In this document: piece after piece, positions 12,548 through 26,491 of the stretch
How the letters are laid out: each line of letters begins with the position of its first letter
How positions within the stretch are numbered: position 1 is the stretch's first letter
NCBI GenBank assembly: GCA_030141605.1
Contig: JAQGDQ010000272.1
Coordinates: 1-64,000 of the forward strand
Length of the DNA: 64,000 nucleotides
Source: Tubiluchus corallicola
Taxonomy: Eukaryota; Animalia; Priapulida
Direction of reading: 5' to 3'
Notes under the pieces: model-generated
The model's input: only the letters and a program-made list of their open reading frames with translations
The model's database searches: none
Told to the model about the DNA's origin: nothing
Made by a program: the position numbers and the translations under genes

Positions 12548-13462
12548 AGTTCGCCTGGTATAGCTGCAAGTGGCACACTTCACTAATGGCACAGTTTCCC
12601 AGTGGTACAGTTCGCCAGTGGGACAGTATGGCACTTGTCATTTTGACAGCACAAACATTGCAAATAGTATATTTCGCCAGGAAACGTTTTTGCTATGTTA
12701 TGACCTTATCTTTTAACAAATTGTTTCAGTTCAGCAGTGAAAATTTTCTGCTGTAATCGATATCATTTACTTTTAGTTCGCCATTGTACCTATAATATTT
12801 ATACTTTGTCATTGTCGTAACACATATTACTGCTTAATATGTTGCTAGCGATCGATCATTCTAAATGCTATTTGCTACCTGAAGGGAAGAAGTTATTGAA
12901 AAACATTGGTGAAGAAGAAGTATAATATTTGTGACATTGAAATGGAGTTTATTATATTGATTATTTTCGATTATCTATAATACAGTTGTCTGTAAGAAGA
13001 AGCACTGAAAGACAGCAACAAATCCAAAAAACTGATGGCCACGAACTAAAACACGTTTTTTTAAACTTCTTGACGACGGCATAGCAAAAGGTTAACAGAA
13101 CCCATGTATACATAGAATATTTTAATATGCATCCCGCAAGTTACGTGAGTTAGTTATGTGAGTTAATCCATCTGTATCACAAAAACAAAATCGTACTGTG
13201 TATTAGCACAACTAATTCGAACATAAAAATGAATGCTCGGGCATCGTGATGGTCAATTACATACTTCTGTGAGACTTTAATTAGAAAGCATTTTTTAGAT
13301 GATACGTGCATTGGCGAACTGCACCACTGATAAAGTGCGCCATTGGCGAACTTCACAGCTAGTGAGTTGCACTATTGGCGAACTGTACCATTACTGAACT
13401 GTGCCACTGGCGAACTGTACCATTACTGAACTGTCCCACTGGCGAACTGTACCAAGCGAACT
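12548..13462. mobile_element. Foldback DNA element with 15-bp tandem-repeat inverted arms; possible PIF/Harbinger transposase remnant inside
   Basis: Right array of (a)ctggcgaactgtacc units at 13311-13462. Left arm 12548-12630 is the reverse complement. Termini are agttcgcctggta / taccaagcgaact. Confidence 0.7.
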
Positions 13463-14385
13463 CAGTCCTGGTCCAGTCACAATCGATCCATTTTCAGTAT
13501 CCTTTGCTACTGAATACTGGATTACAGACTGCAACTACTGTTAGAAGCAGCAGAAATTAAAAATGTTATGACATTATCGTAATTATTCAGTGATGTTCCA
13601 AATTTATAAATCTGGATGCAGTAAAAACTTCTGCATTTAGTTCTGCAATTTTATAAATATATTTTCATAGTTATCACATGCGTTATTAGCTATTTTAAGA
13701 CGCTAAATATAACCACATTAATTTCCTAATTAAATTCCTTCTGTTAAAACGATAAGCTCTGATTGTAGCTGTTAATTAGTGTCTTTCATTGACCATGAAG
13801 TCATTTATCAGAGGATTTGCCATCCAATTACTGCATGTTTAAGGGAATGATTTGTAAGAAAATTCAGTCGATAGTACAAAGTGAAACAAACGAACTACTA
13901 ATTAATTTAGCATTTAGTTTGTGTAAGCTTGAATTAAAATTGTATTATGGGGAATATAGGACATCTTTCGCCCAATTGTTCTATATTTATTTATTTATTT
14001 AATGGGAATTAACTGAACAAATTTTATAGTGTAAAATAATAATATAAAGAATTTTTTATAATCTCTGATTGGTCTGTTGACTTTACTTGTAATTGTCATC
14101 TTTAAGCATAACCAATCCCAGCCCAGTGATGCATGTATAGCAAACGGCGTGAATGAGTTCTTCTTGCAACGCTCATAAAAAGCTTTTTTTGCGGCTGTAG
14201 GTAAATCGGAAGAGTTATAAAGTTTGTATTTGTGTTTATTCCTTCAACACAAAAATACAATTATAGAAAAAACTGCACAAAAATAAAATCGTAATTACAG
14301 TATATATTAGCTCTTTATATATATTTATTTATATACATACATATTTATACATTTATATATTTATATATACATTTATAATACAAAT

Positions 14386-14530
<145 letters not shown>

Positions 14531-14689
14531 TGTGTTTTTTTGATTTCAACAATCTGTTAATTTATATATATAAACTAAATATATATTTATAGTTATTTAA
14601 TATATGATATAAATTAACAGCCTGTTAAATGAAGAAGTGCTAAAGGCTCTTACAGGCGCCTCAAAATTATTAGTTGCGACTAAATTTGC

Positions 14690-15200
14690 AATAGTTCATT
14701 AAACTTATTTAGTTTTCAATGAAATACGTTACATTTTACATCTACCATTTCTTGTAGCAATGAGTTCCAAATTTCAACAACTCTATTCGAAAAGGAAAAT
14801 TTAAATATATTCAACCTACAATAATTTTTATACAATTTGTGGTACATAATTAAAAAATTCATCAAAATTTAAATCGACGAGGTTGTTACATATTTTATAC
14901 TTCATTTTCAAGTCAAAATACAATTTTCTAGAGGTTGTAAATTCAGTGCTGCTAAGCGGTGGCAGCACGAAAAATATTATGTTACATTTAGTACACAAAC
15001 TCCTTGTAAAATATTTTTAAACTCGTGCAATAACATCAATTAAAGTTTTTTCATGATGACTCCATAGAGGAGAATTATATTCAAATAATGGTCGGACATA
15101 CCACTTATATACTGTGATCGAAGCCAGGTTTTTTTTAGTTTTAAAACATCGAATATTTTTGTACATCCATAATTTTTAAATCGGTGTTCGAAACGTAGTG
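14690..15200 (-). mobile_element. CR1-type LINE ORF2 3' fragment, decayed
   Basis: Minus-strand motifs YKWYVRPLFEYNSPLWS and FKFSFSNRVVEIWNSL, with stops and frameshifts. Confidence 0.75.
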
Positions 15201-16199
15201 ATGAAGGTAAAAGGAATTTTCTGCGTTAAAAAAGAATTGTTGTTATTTCAAGGTCTACTCTGACTCTTGTTAAAAGCTTGCTACGGTATCGATTTCAGGT
15301 ATTCGAACTCAATTTAAGGAGTGTAATTTGACTTTTATACAAATTGTGATAACAATTTAAAATTACAAATTATACGTACACAATTATTGTAATAAAATTT
15401 TCGCTTTCAGTTATTTAGTGCCAACAAAAATTAACGTTCTATCACAGACTTTAAACAGTAGCCTCAAAAACAGGAAATATTTTCACTGTGATTTCAAGCT
15501 AACAATATTTATCTATAAAGCCCTTAACAATTGTTTCCTGAAATCCTTAGTCGCAAGAAGTGCTTCTGTCAAAGAAAGAAACAAAAATTGTGGTTGCCTT
15601 GGTTACCAAGGTGTTGAAGCATCCAGGTGAATAAGAAAAATTTTCGCTTTTCAGAATCACTGTATTGACAATAAAACAGGTATAGAAAGCAAAAGTCAAG
15701 AAATCGTATTTGCTAAGCAAACTTAAAATATTCATACTAAATACAAAAATGGGATATTTCGATATTAGTGATCAAACATATGTGTTATTCGCTCAATATT
15801 TAGCCGTTTAGTATTTTTCTGTACATGCGGCGCTCCCATCAATCAGTATGAAACTTACTGTTTGATTGTTCAATGAGTTCATTGGGCAAAGGGGGGAAAT
15901 TTTAGGTGCTCTGGCAGACCCGTCTCAAGTTGGTTTGATATTCGACATTCACTTGTACAACACTTGTACAGGCAGCCACACGAAAACAAACAGACAACCA
16001 AACAAGAATATAAATCTTCACTGAGGATATTAAGCCGTTTTATTGGCTGTATAAGACTTTCTTCAAAACATAATTGTATTTATCGTCGTCTATTATATTG
16101 ATCTTAGTTCCTATTTATTTTTATAAACGTTTTATGGAACGTTTTTATAAACCGCGTTATGACTAGTATTCAAACTTCCGTACCCACCAATTGCTTTTT

Positions 16200-16510
16200 A
16201 AAACCAAATTGCAACATCAAAAAAGTTCATTATCCCCCTTGTGTGCGCAGATGGTATTACGAAAACGAAGAATTTACAAAATGAGGCGAAAACAAGATTC
16301 GGAGAATCTAAAAAAATGAGTATGACGTTGCAAATGAAGAGTTCAAAAAAAGTAACTAAAGGACTGCGTAAAAATCGTGAAAGAAAAATTTTGAACAAAG
16401 GTGATCTCAACAGCCTCTTTCATTACGTCAGAAAGAAACGGTGTAATGATAATGGGGTATCCCTTTTAAAGGATGACGCTGGTTCTGTCATTACAGACGA
16501 TAAAGTTATT
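16200..16510 (+). mobile_element. CR1-type LINE ORF2 fragment (EN-RT linker)
   Basis: GDLNSLFHYVRKKR...VSLLKDDAGSVITDDK resembles the K.F..YV..K...L.D..G....D.EKA linker. Confidence 0.55.
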
Positions 16511-17223
16511 GATATTGACTATATGAATCAATGACCATATCGTTGTTACGTTACACGTACTTGTAACTGCATGTGGTGATAGAATTTGAACTTGCTACAT
16601 GTAAATTTGTATGTATATGTAGTTTTATACCATTAAAAAAATTAAAAAGTAAAGTAAAGAAATAAATTATAATATGGAAAATAACAAATTTAACGTGGGT
16701 AAACAAATAGTACTAAGATAATAGAAAAAAAACAATATCATCGTATCATTATTCAACTTAATGGGGAGTCCTTCACTCCGAAAAACACCAAAAATGCTCT
16801 TGCACTAAGTTCTCTTCCTGGGTTGCCCAGGATCACATTTATTTTAAATTAAGATCTGGAAAAGCCACAAAAGTCTTGTTTTGAGTGCTGGTTCCAGTTT
16901 GCAGTGTGCACAATTGCATAACAAGTGATTGTTGTGGCAGTTTGCTTTTCTAAACTATTTGGAGATTTAGTTACAGCCTAACGTTGATCTGTATTCTCAA
17001 ACTTGAGTTGAAAAAAAGATTTTTAAATTACATACAAAAATGTTCTTTGTGTTCTTTGGGCGAAATTCTGCGAATATCCACAATGTGTGTAGCAATTATT
17101 AACGCTTGAAATTGAAACAGACACCATCTGAGCCTATGTTTATCTAGGCTTTTAAGTATTAGTGCATTGGATCTAGTTTGGGACCTGTACACAGATGACA
17201 TAAAGATAAAATGAATTTTTAAC

Positions 17224-17226
<3 letters not shown>

Positions 17227-17287
<61 letters not shown>

Positions 17288-17300
17288 GGAGAGGGAGGGA
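17227..17300. repeat. Compound (TA)n(GA)n microsatellite
   Basis: Direct reading. Confidence 0.9.
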
Positions 17301-19205
17301 AAGTATCATTTGGTTAGTTTTTCTCAAATCGTGTTGTACCGATCTGGAACTCATTGTCTGCATATGTTGATGGTGCACTCCTAGTAACTGCACAAATTAC
17401 TATTTAAGTTATTTAAAAGCCGCTTATATAAAGTTAACTTGCAAAAATTCTTTGTACACAATAGACACATGTAAGCAGTTAATCTCTTTGTGTCTTTACC
17501 ACACTCTTGTAAATATTTTATTTGTATGTTTTTTGCCAAAGTGTTTCATATTATATTGTTTTTATTGTAGACTATATTTTACTATTGGGTGTCAATAAAA
17601 TAAAAATAAATAAATAAATAAATAAATAAGCCAGCTATTGGATAAAATGATTTACCAAATTCGTTAATGAATTTAGTCGATGATGGGTTTGTTATTGTTC
17701 TTGTAATTGTTACTGTTTGTTTATGCACTTGAAGATAGTAACAAGGATTACTCTGTAGTCTGTAACTCGGATGCAGCTACAGTAAAATAAACATTTTGAA
17801 GTTTCGCTGTTTTGTTTTAGAGCACTTTTGTACTCTTTTGATAGAGTTAGTTGAGACGTTAAAGTCATCACGTACAAAATGGAAAAAAACAATGATTAGC
17901 GTTTTGACGATCATCCATCAGATCGCCATCATAGATTGTAACTGATACTGGCGTTTACGTCCCTTTTGATTAAGGTTGCTGGGTCGCCATTTATTTTAGA
18001 TAATTCGAGCTCGACAGGACATGTAAATTTTAGAAGTACCCATGATGATCAAATGCAAAAATTGTCTTATATAATGAGGGAGTGAATGAACAATATTATG
18101 TAGTGAAAAGAGATACATGTGAGAGAGTCGGATTCAGCTTGAATATGAACTAGAAGCAAGTGAAAATTTGTATGCCAAAAGGGACTACACATACTCTTGT
18201 GACCAAGGTACGCCATGATTTAATTCGTAGTAGTCTAGTCCTGCTAACCAACCACATCGAGGTTATAAGTATTTAATTAATTATAGGCGATTCGTTCTAG
18301 GCTTTAAAGGAATGTTAGGTTTATTATAAAACCCCTCAAAAAAATGTTAGACGTTTCACCAATTTTAGCGCGTTAAACGCTAGGTGAGATTAGTGAAAGC
18401 ACTTCAAAGTCACAATCATTTCATGTCTGGGCGCTCCCGTTTTGAACGGATAATCAGGTCTTTGGTTAACTGAAGAAAAGCAGCACACCCTGTCAAAGGT
18501 ATTTCTGATTCTTGCAATAAAGCTCCGGCACTGCCAGACAATTCCTAATAAAACTAATATTAGTTAAACCAAAATAAGTTAATTAAGTTCACTGGATAAG
18601 TTAATCTTATAGTTACATTCTACTTAGAAAAATCTGCAACTCTATGTTATTGAAGTGCACTCTTATGATCATATCACGAAAACAGTAAAAAACTACATTA
18701 GGTGGTGTACATAGTAATAATGAATGAAATGACTTGTTTTTCAACAATTTTCTGCGATTTTGAGAGGGGCGCGATGTAAACAAACTACTAAGCACTGGTG
18801 AGAGCACCAGTTAGTAGTATAGCTACAACATTCTTCACCTTTTGTCCAATATGTAACAGCAACTGCGCAAGTCAGTAGTGTAGTACCTTTTATGTCGTTT
18901 TTCTGTCATGACAGATTTCAATTTTAGTGAACTCATTTGTAATTACCAGCTGTCATATCTGCCAGCATAATGATGTTTTCAGCGTAAATGGTCAGCGCAC
19001 TGCAGCTTCGCCCACAAGTTTTTACAAAAAATTAGTTAAGCTACATTTCTGATATTTTTGCATATGTTTAAATGTAATGTACGTACAAAAAGTCATGAAG
19101 TTGGCCAGCAACGTCTTAATTTTGAGCTAAGAAATGTTGGATTATTGGAGAACTGTAGGAATGAGTTTACGTCTCTCTTAACTAACTATACATAGCTGTT
19201 TGTCA

Positions 19206-19268
19206 AGATGCTAACGATGATCACGACAATAATGATGATGATGATAATGATGACGATAATGATGATAG

Positions 19269-19299
<31 letters not shown>

Positions 19300-19329
19300 A
19301 ATGATGATGACGATGGTGACGATGATGAC
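19206..19329. repeat. (GAT)n degenerate trinucleotide repeat, probable retroposon tail
   Basis: Direct reading; on the minus strand it follows AATAAA at ~19335-19340. Confidence 0.85.
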
Positions 19330-20242
19330 AAAGCTTTATTTAAAGATACAGGGCCAGTTCAAAGCAGGTGCCAGCCTTCCCTCACTGTCGTTTACTGTTT
19401 TATTTAGCGCACCAACCTTGACATGACAAAATTTGTAACTCTTTCATATGAGTGCTGGGTTCCGGTTTGCAGTGAAAAAAAGCATACAGTGCAACTGTAC
19501 AAAAAATCATGTTACGTACAATGATTTAATTAAGAGATCAATAGAGCGCTCGTGATAAAGCAGCGCTACCTGTCAGGTGTGTTAATCACGCGCACGCTAG
19601 AATTTATGTACTTTTATTGTTATTGATCAGTGTCGCTCTTGTGAGGGTGGATAATCACCCGGAAGCAGTCAGAACATCACACGCTGACGGATCGACGGAC
19701 GGATAAGTACCCGCCATGACCTGGATCCGCCTCTAACAGCCGATGATATGCTGGCGATCAATGCGACTAACAGTGGCTATTAGAAAGAAAAAAACCGTAT
19801 AGCAATGGATGCTAGTGTAAATGTGCAACAAAAACTACTTTTACGGCAATCAGTAAGCCAACTTTTTCTTGCTGCCTCGCTTGTTCGATAATTTGGTCTA
19901 TTTGAGTTTTTGCCAACCACGCTCTGCACGCATTACGATATTACCTAATCATACTACATGTCACAAAAGCGACACGAAGCCCATTAAATACCTTAAAATT
20001 CTTAGACCAGAAAAACTGATTCCTGAGAAGTTTGTACTTTCTACCCTTTAAAGTTGCAGTATTGATTCTTCGAGCCACGGATGACTTTCTAATTTTCCTT
20101 GAACCTATTTCCAATACTATTAGTCTATTAATACATTGCAACTGCGACTGTCAGAAGTTAATAAATCATTGCGCTTTATTTCTCAACAACTATTAATGTT
20201 GCTGTTAATGAGTGGAAGAAAGGGGACGTTAAAAATGGCAAA

Positions 20243-20303
20243 CAAGCCGGGATTTGAACCCGAGAACCTGGGATTAAAATTCCGTGCTCTGCCACCTGTA
20301 TGC
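20243..20303 (-). pseudogene. tRNA-Lys(TTT)-like pseudogene or SINE head
   Basis: Minus strand agcatacaggtggcagagcacggaaTTTtaatcccaggttctcgggttcaaatcccggc has A/B boxes and a Lys-like anticodon loop, but the stems are broken. Confidence 0.45.
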
Positions 20304-20512
20304 TTTTAATGTACCGTTTGTTCTAGCTTGACTGCAATTATAGCAGAACGATTACACGCTTCGCTTAGCAGTTCATCAACTATTTCCACTGGTCTTGTAA
20401 CGATAATCCTTCGCACATCTTCTGCTTTTAATTTAAGTAATCTATCAATTCTTCTAAGGAAAGCTAAAAGCCTACAATAAGCTTACCTGCAATACAGGTA
20501 AGTTGTCGAGTC

Positions 20513-20526
20513 GTTGCTATGACAAC
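20513..20526. promoter_or_regulatory. RFX X-box-like motif GTTGCTATGACAAC
   Basis: Near-consensus 14-bp X-box, next to a minus-strand GCAG|GTAAG donor at ~20486. Confidence 0.5.
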
Positions 20527-21714
20527 TAAGAAATGTATAAACGCAAAGACAAAAGACAGTTGAAGCCGTGCGTGCTCTGTAAGAGTAACGTCTGCTTATT
20601 GTCGCTACTTTACGACTTACAAAGAAGCTAAATCATTTCCAGCGAGAGCTCTGTTCTTAAAGAGTTACCGCTTCTCCTTTGTTTTCCATTCTCTTGTATT
20701 TCAACATCCTACACCTAGTTGGTTGTATTTAATTTGCGCTCAAATGTGTAACTCGAATCACATACAAACAAATACTGATTACATTCACAATTTGTTAAGT
20801 CTTGGTTACACTGAGCAATATGGCTTTATATATGCATATAAAGATATATTATGTACTTAAGGTACAATACAGCACAATAAATAGTTAATACATGTTCAGG
20901 GTTGTACGTAATATTTTGCTAGGGGCACAGAAACAACGAGTAGCAGTACAGAACAGTTCGTCACATCAAAATATTGCTGAAAGTATTAGCATGACCTGCA
21001 ATCTTGGCAATTCTTGGGGATTATGAACCCGAAGAACTCATGATGCTCCTACACATCTTGCAGATATTTCACAAGCTTGTTTGGAAAATATCGAACAAGT
21101 TTAAGTTTTTTATCATCTAACGTTCACTCTGTGTGTCGCGTTCGTTCTGTCTTTGGGGAGGGCTCCAATTTGTTTGGCGCGTGTTGGGGTCCTGTGAATT
21201 TTCGAATCATTTAGTTCGTTCGGGAAAAACAATCCTAAATTTTTCATTTCATTGTTCCAGTCTTACCCTCATGATGGCAGGCTGCGCGAAATGCGCGAGG
21301 GTTTCGCATTAAATGTGTATGACAAAGTAGATTTCTCTATTATTTCAGTAAATACTTTAATGTAATAAATTGTACTGTACCGTGTTACTCGTTGGTTTTG
21401 CAGATCCTAAGCAAAAGGTTATGTACCATCCTGTACAATAAAGAAAAATTTATAACGACAAATAGTTGATACGTTACGCACATTGAAAACCAAATAATTA
21501 GCCGGTTAATCTTTAAAAGACCACACCTTCCCGTGTTTGAAACCTCGTAAGAGAGTGAAACTAATAATTTATTTTCCCGTTGAATGGATGAAATGAGTTT
21601 GAATATAGCTTTTTAATTTTCAAATCCAGTGTCGTTCTTTCTCGCCGTTCGTTATAATACATTCATTATTCTAATCAACACAATTGAGAGAGAGAGAGAG
21701 GGAGAGGGAGAGTC

Positions 21715-21795
<81 letters not shown>
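21715..21795. repeat. (AAT)n microsatellite, probable retroposon tail
   Basis: Perfect repeat; on the minus strand it directly follows gaataaagat. Confidence 0.92.
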
Positions 21796-21798
<3 letters not shown>

Positions 21799-22684
21799 CT
21801 TTATTCAAAAGGGAACATATATGCAAGAAGGTGCCTCTTTTTGCCGGCTCAGTTCAACAATTTACATTTTCATATAACAGAGCTTTTAAATATTTCCAGT
21901 TTCACACCATGTGCAACAAATAACATATAATGCCTAGATTAGTTTAATTAGTGGTTTTTAATTGTTTTGACAGACAAACAGACAAGGAGACAGGCAGACA
22001 GACAGACAGACAGATAGGCAGACGCGGAAAATCTACCCGTCAACTTGGGTGCTATTAAACCTGCTATAATAAACGGATTTATCATTTATCAGTGAGCTAG
22101 TTTCTATTTTTCGGTCATTTTAATATCATTTTGACTTAAATAACGGTAAAAGACTCAGTTGACTTTGTAAAGGTTTATTTCTGGAAACAAACTTACTGAA
22201 AAAAAAATCGGTTACAATTTGTGAAAGCCATGGCAAAAGAAAACTGCAACAGAAAATATAGTGACGCCATGTTGAACAGCGGCAAAGTACGACTTGCCGA
22301 TACGCATTTCAGTTCGATTTCGCTGTTTTCTGTGTCTATGCATATATTCCATTAAATTTCCCGAATTCATTGTCCCAGCAAAACTGATAACGGAGCGTAT
22401 GTCATAAAGCATTACCTGACATTGATATAATGATGTCCTCGTGCAGGCTTTACCTGCCTACGACCAATCAATAACTCACCTGGGAAGCCCAAATTGCTCG
22501 GTTGCACGTTGCCTGTTTCGGCTTCATAGCATGTCAGAATTTTATAGGGGGATAATAATCATATTGATGTATACAATAGACTCACGAATGCGTGACGTTC
22601 CGCACATTTATTTCACTTATAATGTACTGCTACGTAACGTTTCTTACATGATATGCGAAGAAATATCGGGGTTATACGGAAAAA

Positions 22685-22908
22685 CGTAACATAAGGTAAC
22701 GCAACATGACATAACATCGCATATCATAATGTAAAGCAACATATGATAACGTAAAGTAACATAACATAACATAACATAACATAACATAACATAACATAAC
22801 ATAACATAACATAACATAACATAACATAACATAACATAACATAACATAACATAACATAACATAACATAACATAACATAACATAACATAACTAAGCATAAC
22901 ATAACATA
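22685..22908. repeat. (CATAA)n pentanucleotide array with a degenerate left flank
   Basis: Direct reading; explains the MLCYV pseudo-ORFs. Confidence 0.95.
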
Positions 22909-24401
22909 ATGTTATGGCGAAATTTGATCACGTTTTTACTTGTCGGTTATTTAGTTTATAGAACAAAACATTGAACTGCATTGTTAAAACTAAGAAAAGT
23001 TCATAGCATGACGTTAATTAAATTCTTTGCATTTCAGCTTTCTAATTCTCAAAAGGAAGCCAGTTTTAACTTTCATATGTCAAGAAACCACTTCTAAATT
23101 CATAAGCCACAAGAGAAACTTACATTACACTAAAATCAGGAGACAAAATGCTTATTTCACCATAAAGACTCTCCGGGGTTTTAATTTCATATCATTTTTT
23201 CTGAAACTGCCTAGATCAAGTTAAATTCGCTTTCAGATTTTGTTCTTCACGACTAAAGATTGCCTCTTGTTGTTTTTATTCAGACTCTGTTCGAACAATA
23301 AACCATTCTGGTTTAGGCTTCCAAGACTGAAAAACAACTATTTTTTGTTTTCCGATGAGCTGTATTGATCTAAAACGGAGTTCACTCTTGATTCAGAACT
23401 GAAACGAAGCTCTGCTAATACCAGAATGTATCCGCGAAAGAGCAACAAGTTTTTTTATTTTTGTGGTCTAAAACTTTTAACATATATTCTTTAAATAAAA
23501 TTTAGTTGCGAATGTATTTACCAACCAGAAACAAAGCCGGATTCAGGCATTTAGGTTTAAACCAGAAATTGCTTTTCTGATCTTTTTTAGAACAAAAAAA
23601 GCAGCTAGTTCTATAGAAGAACAGTTTTGGAGTCATTTATTAAACCGGCATTTTGTTGTATTTGAATGAAAAGCTAGGTCAAGGTATTCCATATCCAAAA
23701 TCGATGATTTGACTTTTAGGCCAAAATCTGACAGATTTTTTGGTTTTAACCGTAAGAATAATATGAGTCTGATATAAAAGAATCTGCAAAACTAATTTTT
23801 GTTTTATACAAAGTCTAGAACTCGATGCTATTAACGAGACATTCAGAAAACTGGCTTCTGCGTTAAACTCAAAAGCATCGACCTGGCTTTATTTCTGGTC
23901 AGTATGTGCTATCGCGATTACTTTCTATTAAAAAAATTCTTGCTTTTTGAGAAGCAACTCTGAAATTAGTATTATTGGGATGTAGGCCTATTTCAGATCT
24001 GAAATAAGGCAGAACTCGTTTCCATCTTAGACTATTTAAGTAACTAAATAGTAATGTTTGTGTCAGTGTCTGTGTCTGTGTTAACAAAATGCTAAATCAA
24101 TTGACGATTTTGGCTAAATTAAAATTTATTTGAATCAGGACTTGTCGTTAGCTTATAGCTGTCCAATGTGTGCAGTTGGATCCATCAGTTCTTGATTAGC
24201 TAAGTAGGCCACACACATCATTTGATTGTTTGGATGGTCAAGTTTTTTTGAACGCGTGAGTGGTCACAGCCATATCAAGCATAAAATATTCTTTTTATCT
24301 AGATTTATGCATCGAAATGAGTGACCATTTAGTTAAAAATACTTCAGGACAGATGAATGTACGTTGACAAGGTGGACAAGATGAAGAGATTATGCAACTT
24401 C

Positions 24402-24415
24402 GTTGTCATGGTGAC
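24402..24415. promoter_or_regulatory. RFX X-box-like motif GTTGTCATGGTGAC
   Basis: Consensus match only. Confidence 0.35.
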
Positions 24416-24930
24416 GGAAGTCGCAAAAACGGGTTTCAGAGAAGCCATTTCCTGTGTTTGCCTGTATTTCGTTCCTCATTACTACAGAGTAATTACTAAA
24501 TTTCTTATTTACAATTACAAGCGTACTACAACTCGTGATTTTCGTAGAGCACTGCCAAGCTAAGATATTTTATAAAAAAGGTGATTTAAAAATTTATTTT
24601 TCTTAATAATCATCACCATGTGATTTATAGGTTTTTAATTTAATTATAGTCTATAAAGAGCGTTATGGCTCGCTTTTTATGAAATAATCGGCTGAAAATG
24701 GATTTTTACTTACTTTTACTTACTTACTTACTTACTTGCTTACTTACTCGTATTTATTATTCTGATGCTAAAATTGCGAACACATTTTTAAACTAACTTT
24801 CTAGATTCTTAGTATCAAGATTATTTAACGATGGGCTAATGCCACAATAATCTTGACATAAATTGTTTAATTAGGTATCCAAGCGAAATTCAGGCTGAAA
24901 AATAATCAGAAGGACTGTTATGTTCTCTGG

Positions 24931-25000
24931 GAAGCACAGTAGTCTAGCGGTTACGGCGCCTGCTTTGTATGTTGAAGGTTACTGGTTCAAATAGAGGCTT
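24931..25000 (+). mobile_element. tRNA-derived SINE head / tRNA pseudogene
   Basis: A-box-like tagtctagcgg and B-box-like ggttcaaat at tRNA spacing. Confidence 0.45.
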
Positions 25001-26491
25001 TTCCAACTTTGTTGTTCCAGTTTTTTCGCATTTCTTGATTTTCAAATTTTATCTTCAAAATTCACGTAATTGTGGGTTTGCATCATCACATTTTTTTAAC
25101 ATTTACTAACTTTCTAAATTCTGTTCGGCTTTCAATTAAAAATTATTTAGTTGTATTTAGTGCTATGTAATAGTGCCATGATTGGATTCATGAGCCTGGC
25201 TATAAAAATATTAGTTTGTTAATGCTAACATTTTATGGGGTTATTACAATGGCATGGGTGCAAGTGAAACGTTATTTTTCGGGGAGTATTAGGGTTTCGC
25301 ATTCAAAGCGCTTAACTTTAGGCCTCTTTGTTTATTACAAGCAAAAACTTACAGCTTCGTGATATAGTACTCTGATTTCAAATCTGCCCGCAGTTTTAAA
25401 GAAATGTTTGCATTTGTGAAAAGCAAGTAGTAGGTTACACGTTGCATCCACAACAGCGCTGGCAAATAATCCATCTTTTAAATTTAGTTTCTAATAAAAG
25501 CATTATAACAATAATATATCTGACAGTGTATCTTCACACATTTTTATTGGAATTTATTTGCGCATTTATATGTATTAAACATATATGCATCGTACAATAA
25601 GTGTTCTTGGTTCTCAATCGAACTTGGTGGTCTATAGCTGTTCTCATTTTTGTTAAGATCTTTGTTAATTCGGTCAAGTGATATGGCGAACAAGCATCAG
25701 TAGAAAAAATGCGAGAATTTCCCTTATGTTTACCACTATTCTTAATCTCACAAATTTTAACTTAATTCTACATTACCCAATAACATTACTACACTCAACA
25801 GCGCTCCGTTTTTACGCCAAAAAAAATAATTTACCACCTTGACGATTCATGACATATTTTGGAAGACTAATAGCAGATATAAAGCACAGATAACAGAATC
25901 GTTAAAAATCGAAAGGGCCATCCAATGAGCATAATTACTAATGCTTACTAATCGCAATCTTGCCCATATTATTTCAACATTATAAAAACTCATCGAAGTA
26001 AGAGCTTTCATTTGTTAAAATGATAAAACAAAATTCATTTGCAGCAGTTCTGGGAATAAAGTTCATAAAAGGTAACCAAGTACAAGATCCACGTTTTTGG
26101 AATAACAAAATTATTAAAGTGTTTGCAATTCGTATACCCAAAAAATGTAAAATTAGCTTGTAATTAGATTGCAATCCTGTTTTCTTGGCAAAGTCCTTGG
26201 AGCAGTGATCTTACCTTTGCAATTTAAAAGTGGACGGTTGAGCATTTCCGTTTCCTCTCACTTCATTTTTCTTTGTCAAAAATTTCAACGATGCGATTAA
26301 GCCATCATAAAACTCATTTGCAAACAAAGCGGCACTCAAAATTCTAAATTATTTCACATGTCTAATTCGTACAGCTACGTCAAATAATAATTTCAGCGAT
26401 CTAAGACAACATAGCCCACATTTATTACAGCAAGAATTTTCTCGTCAATTTTATGAGCGCACCGGTGACGGATGAGACGGATAGGACAGTT

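Noticed and set aside
13311-13462. Repeat array as a possible CRISPR
   Set aside because: Head-to-tail 15-mers without unique spacers, eukaryotic context, no cas genes.
16010-16070. Possible hammerhead ribozyme (ctgagga..agcc..ggct)
   Set aside because: Catalytic core incomplete; no GAAA after stem II.
19208-22902. Poly-Met, poly-Asn and MLCYV ORFs
   Set aside because: Translations of microsatellites.
23000-24030. Vaguely periodic AT-rich tract
   Set aside because: I could not define a repeat unit by eye.
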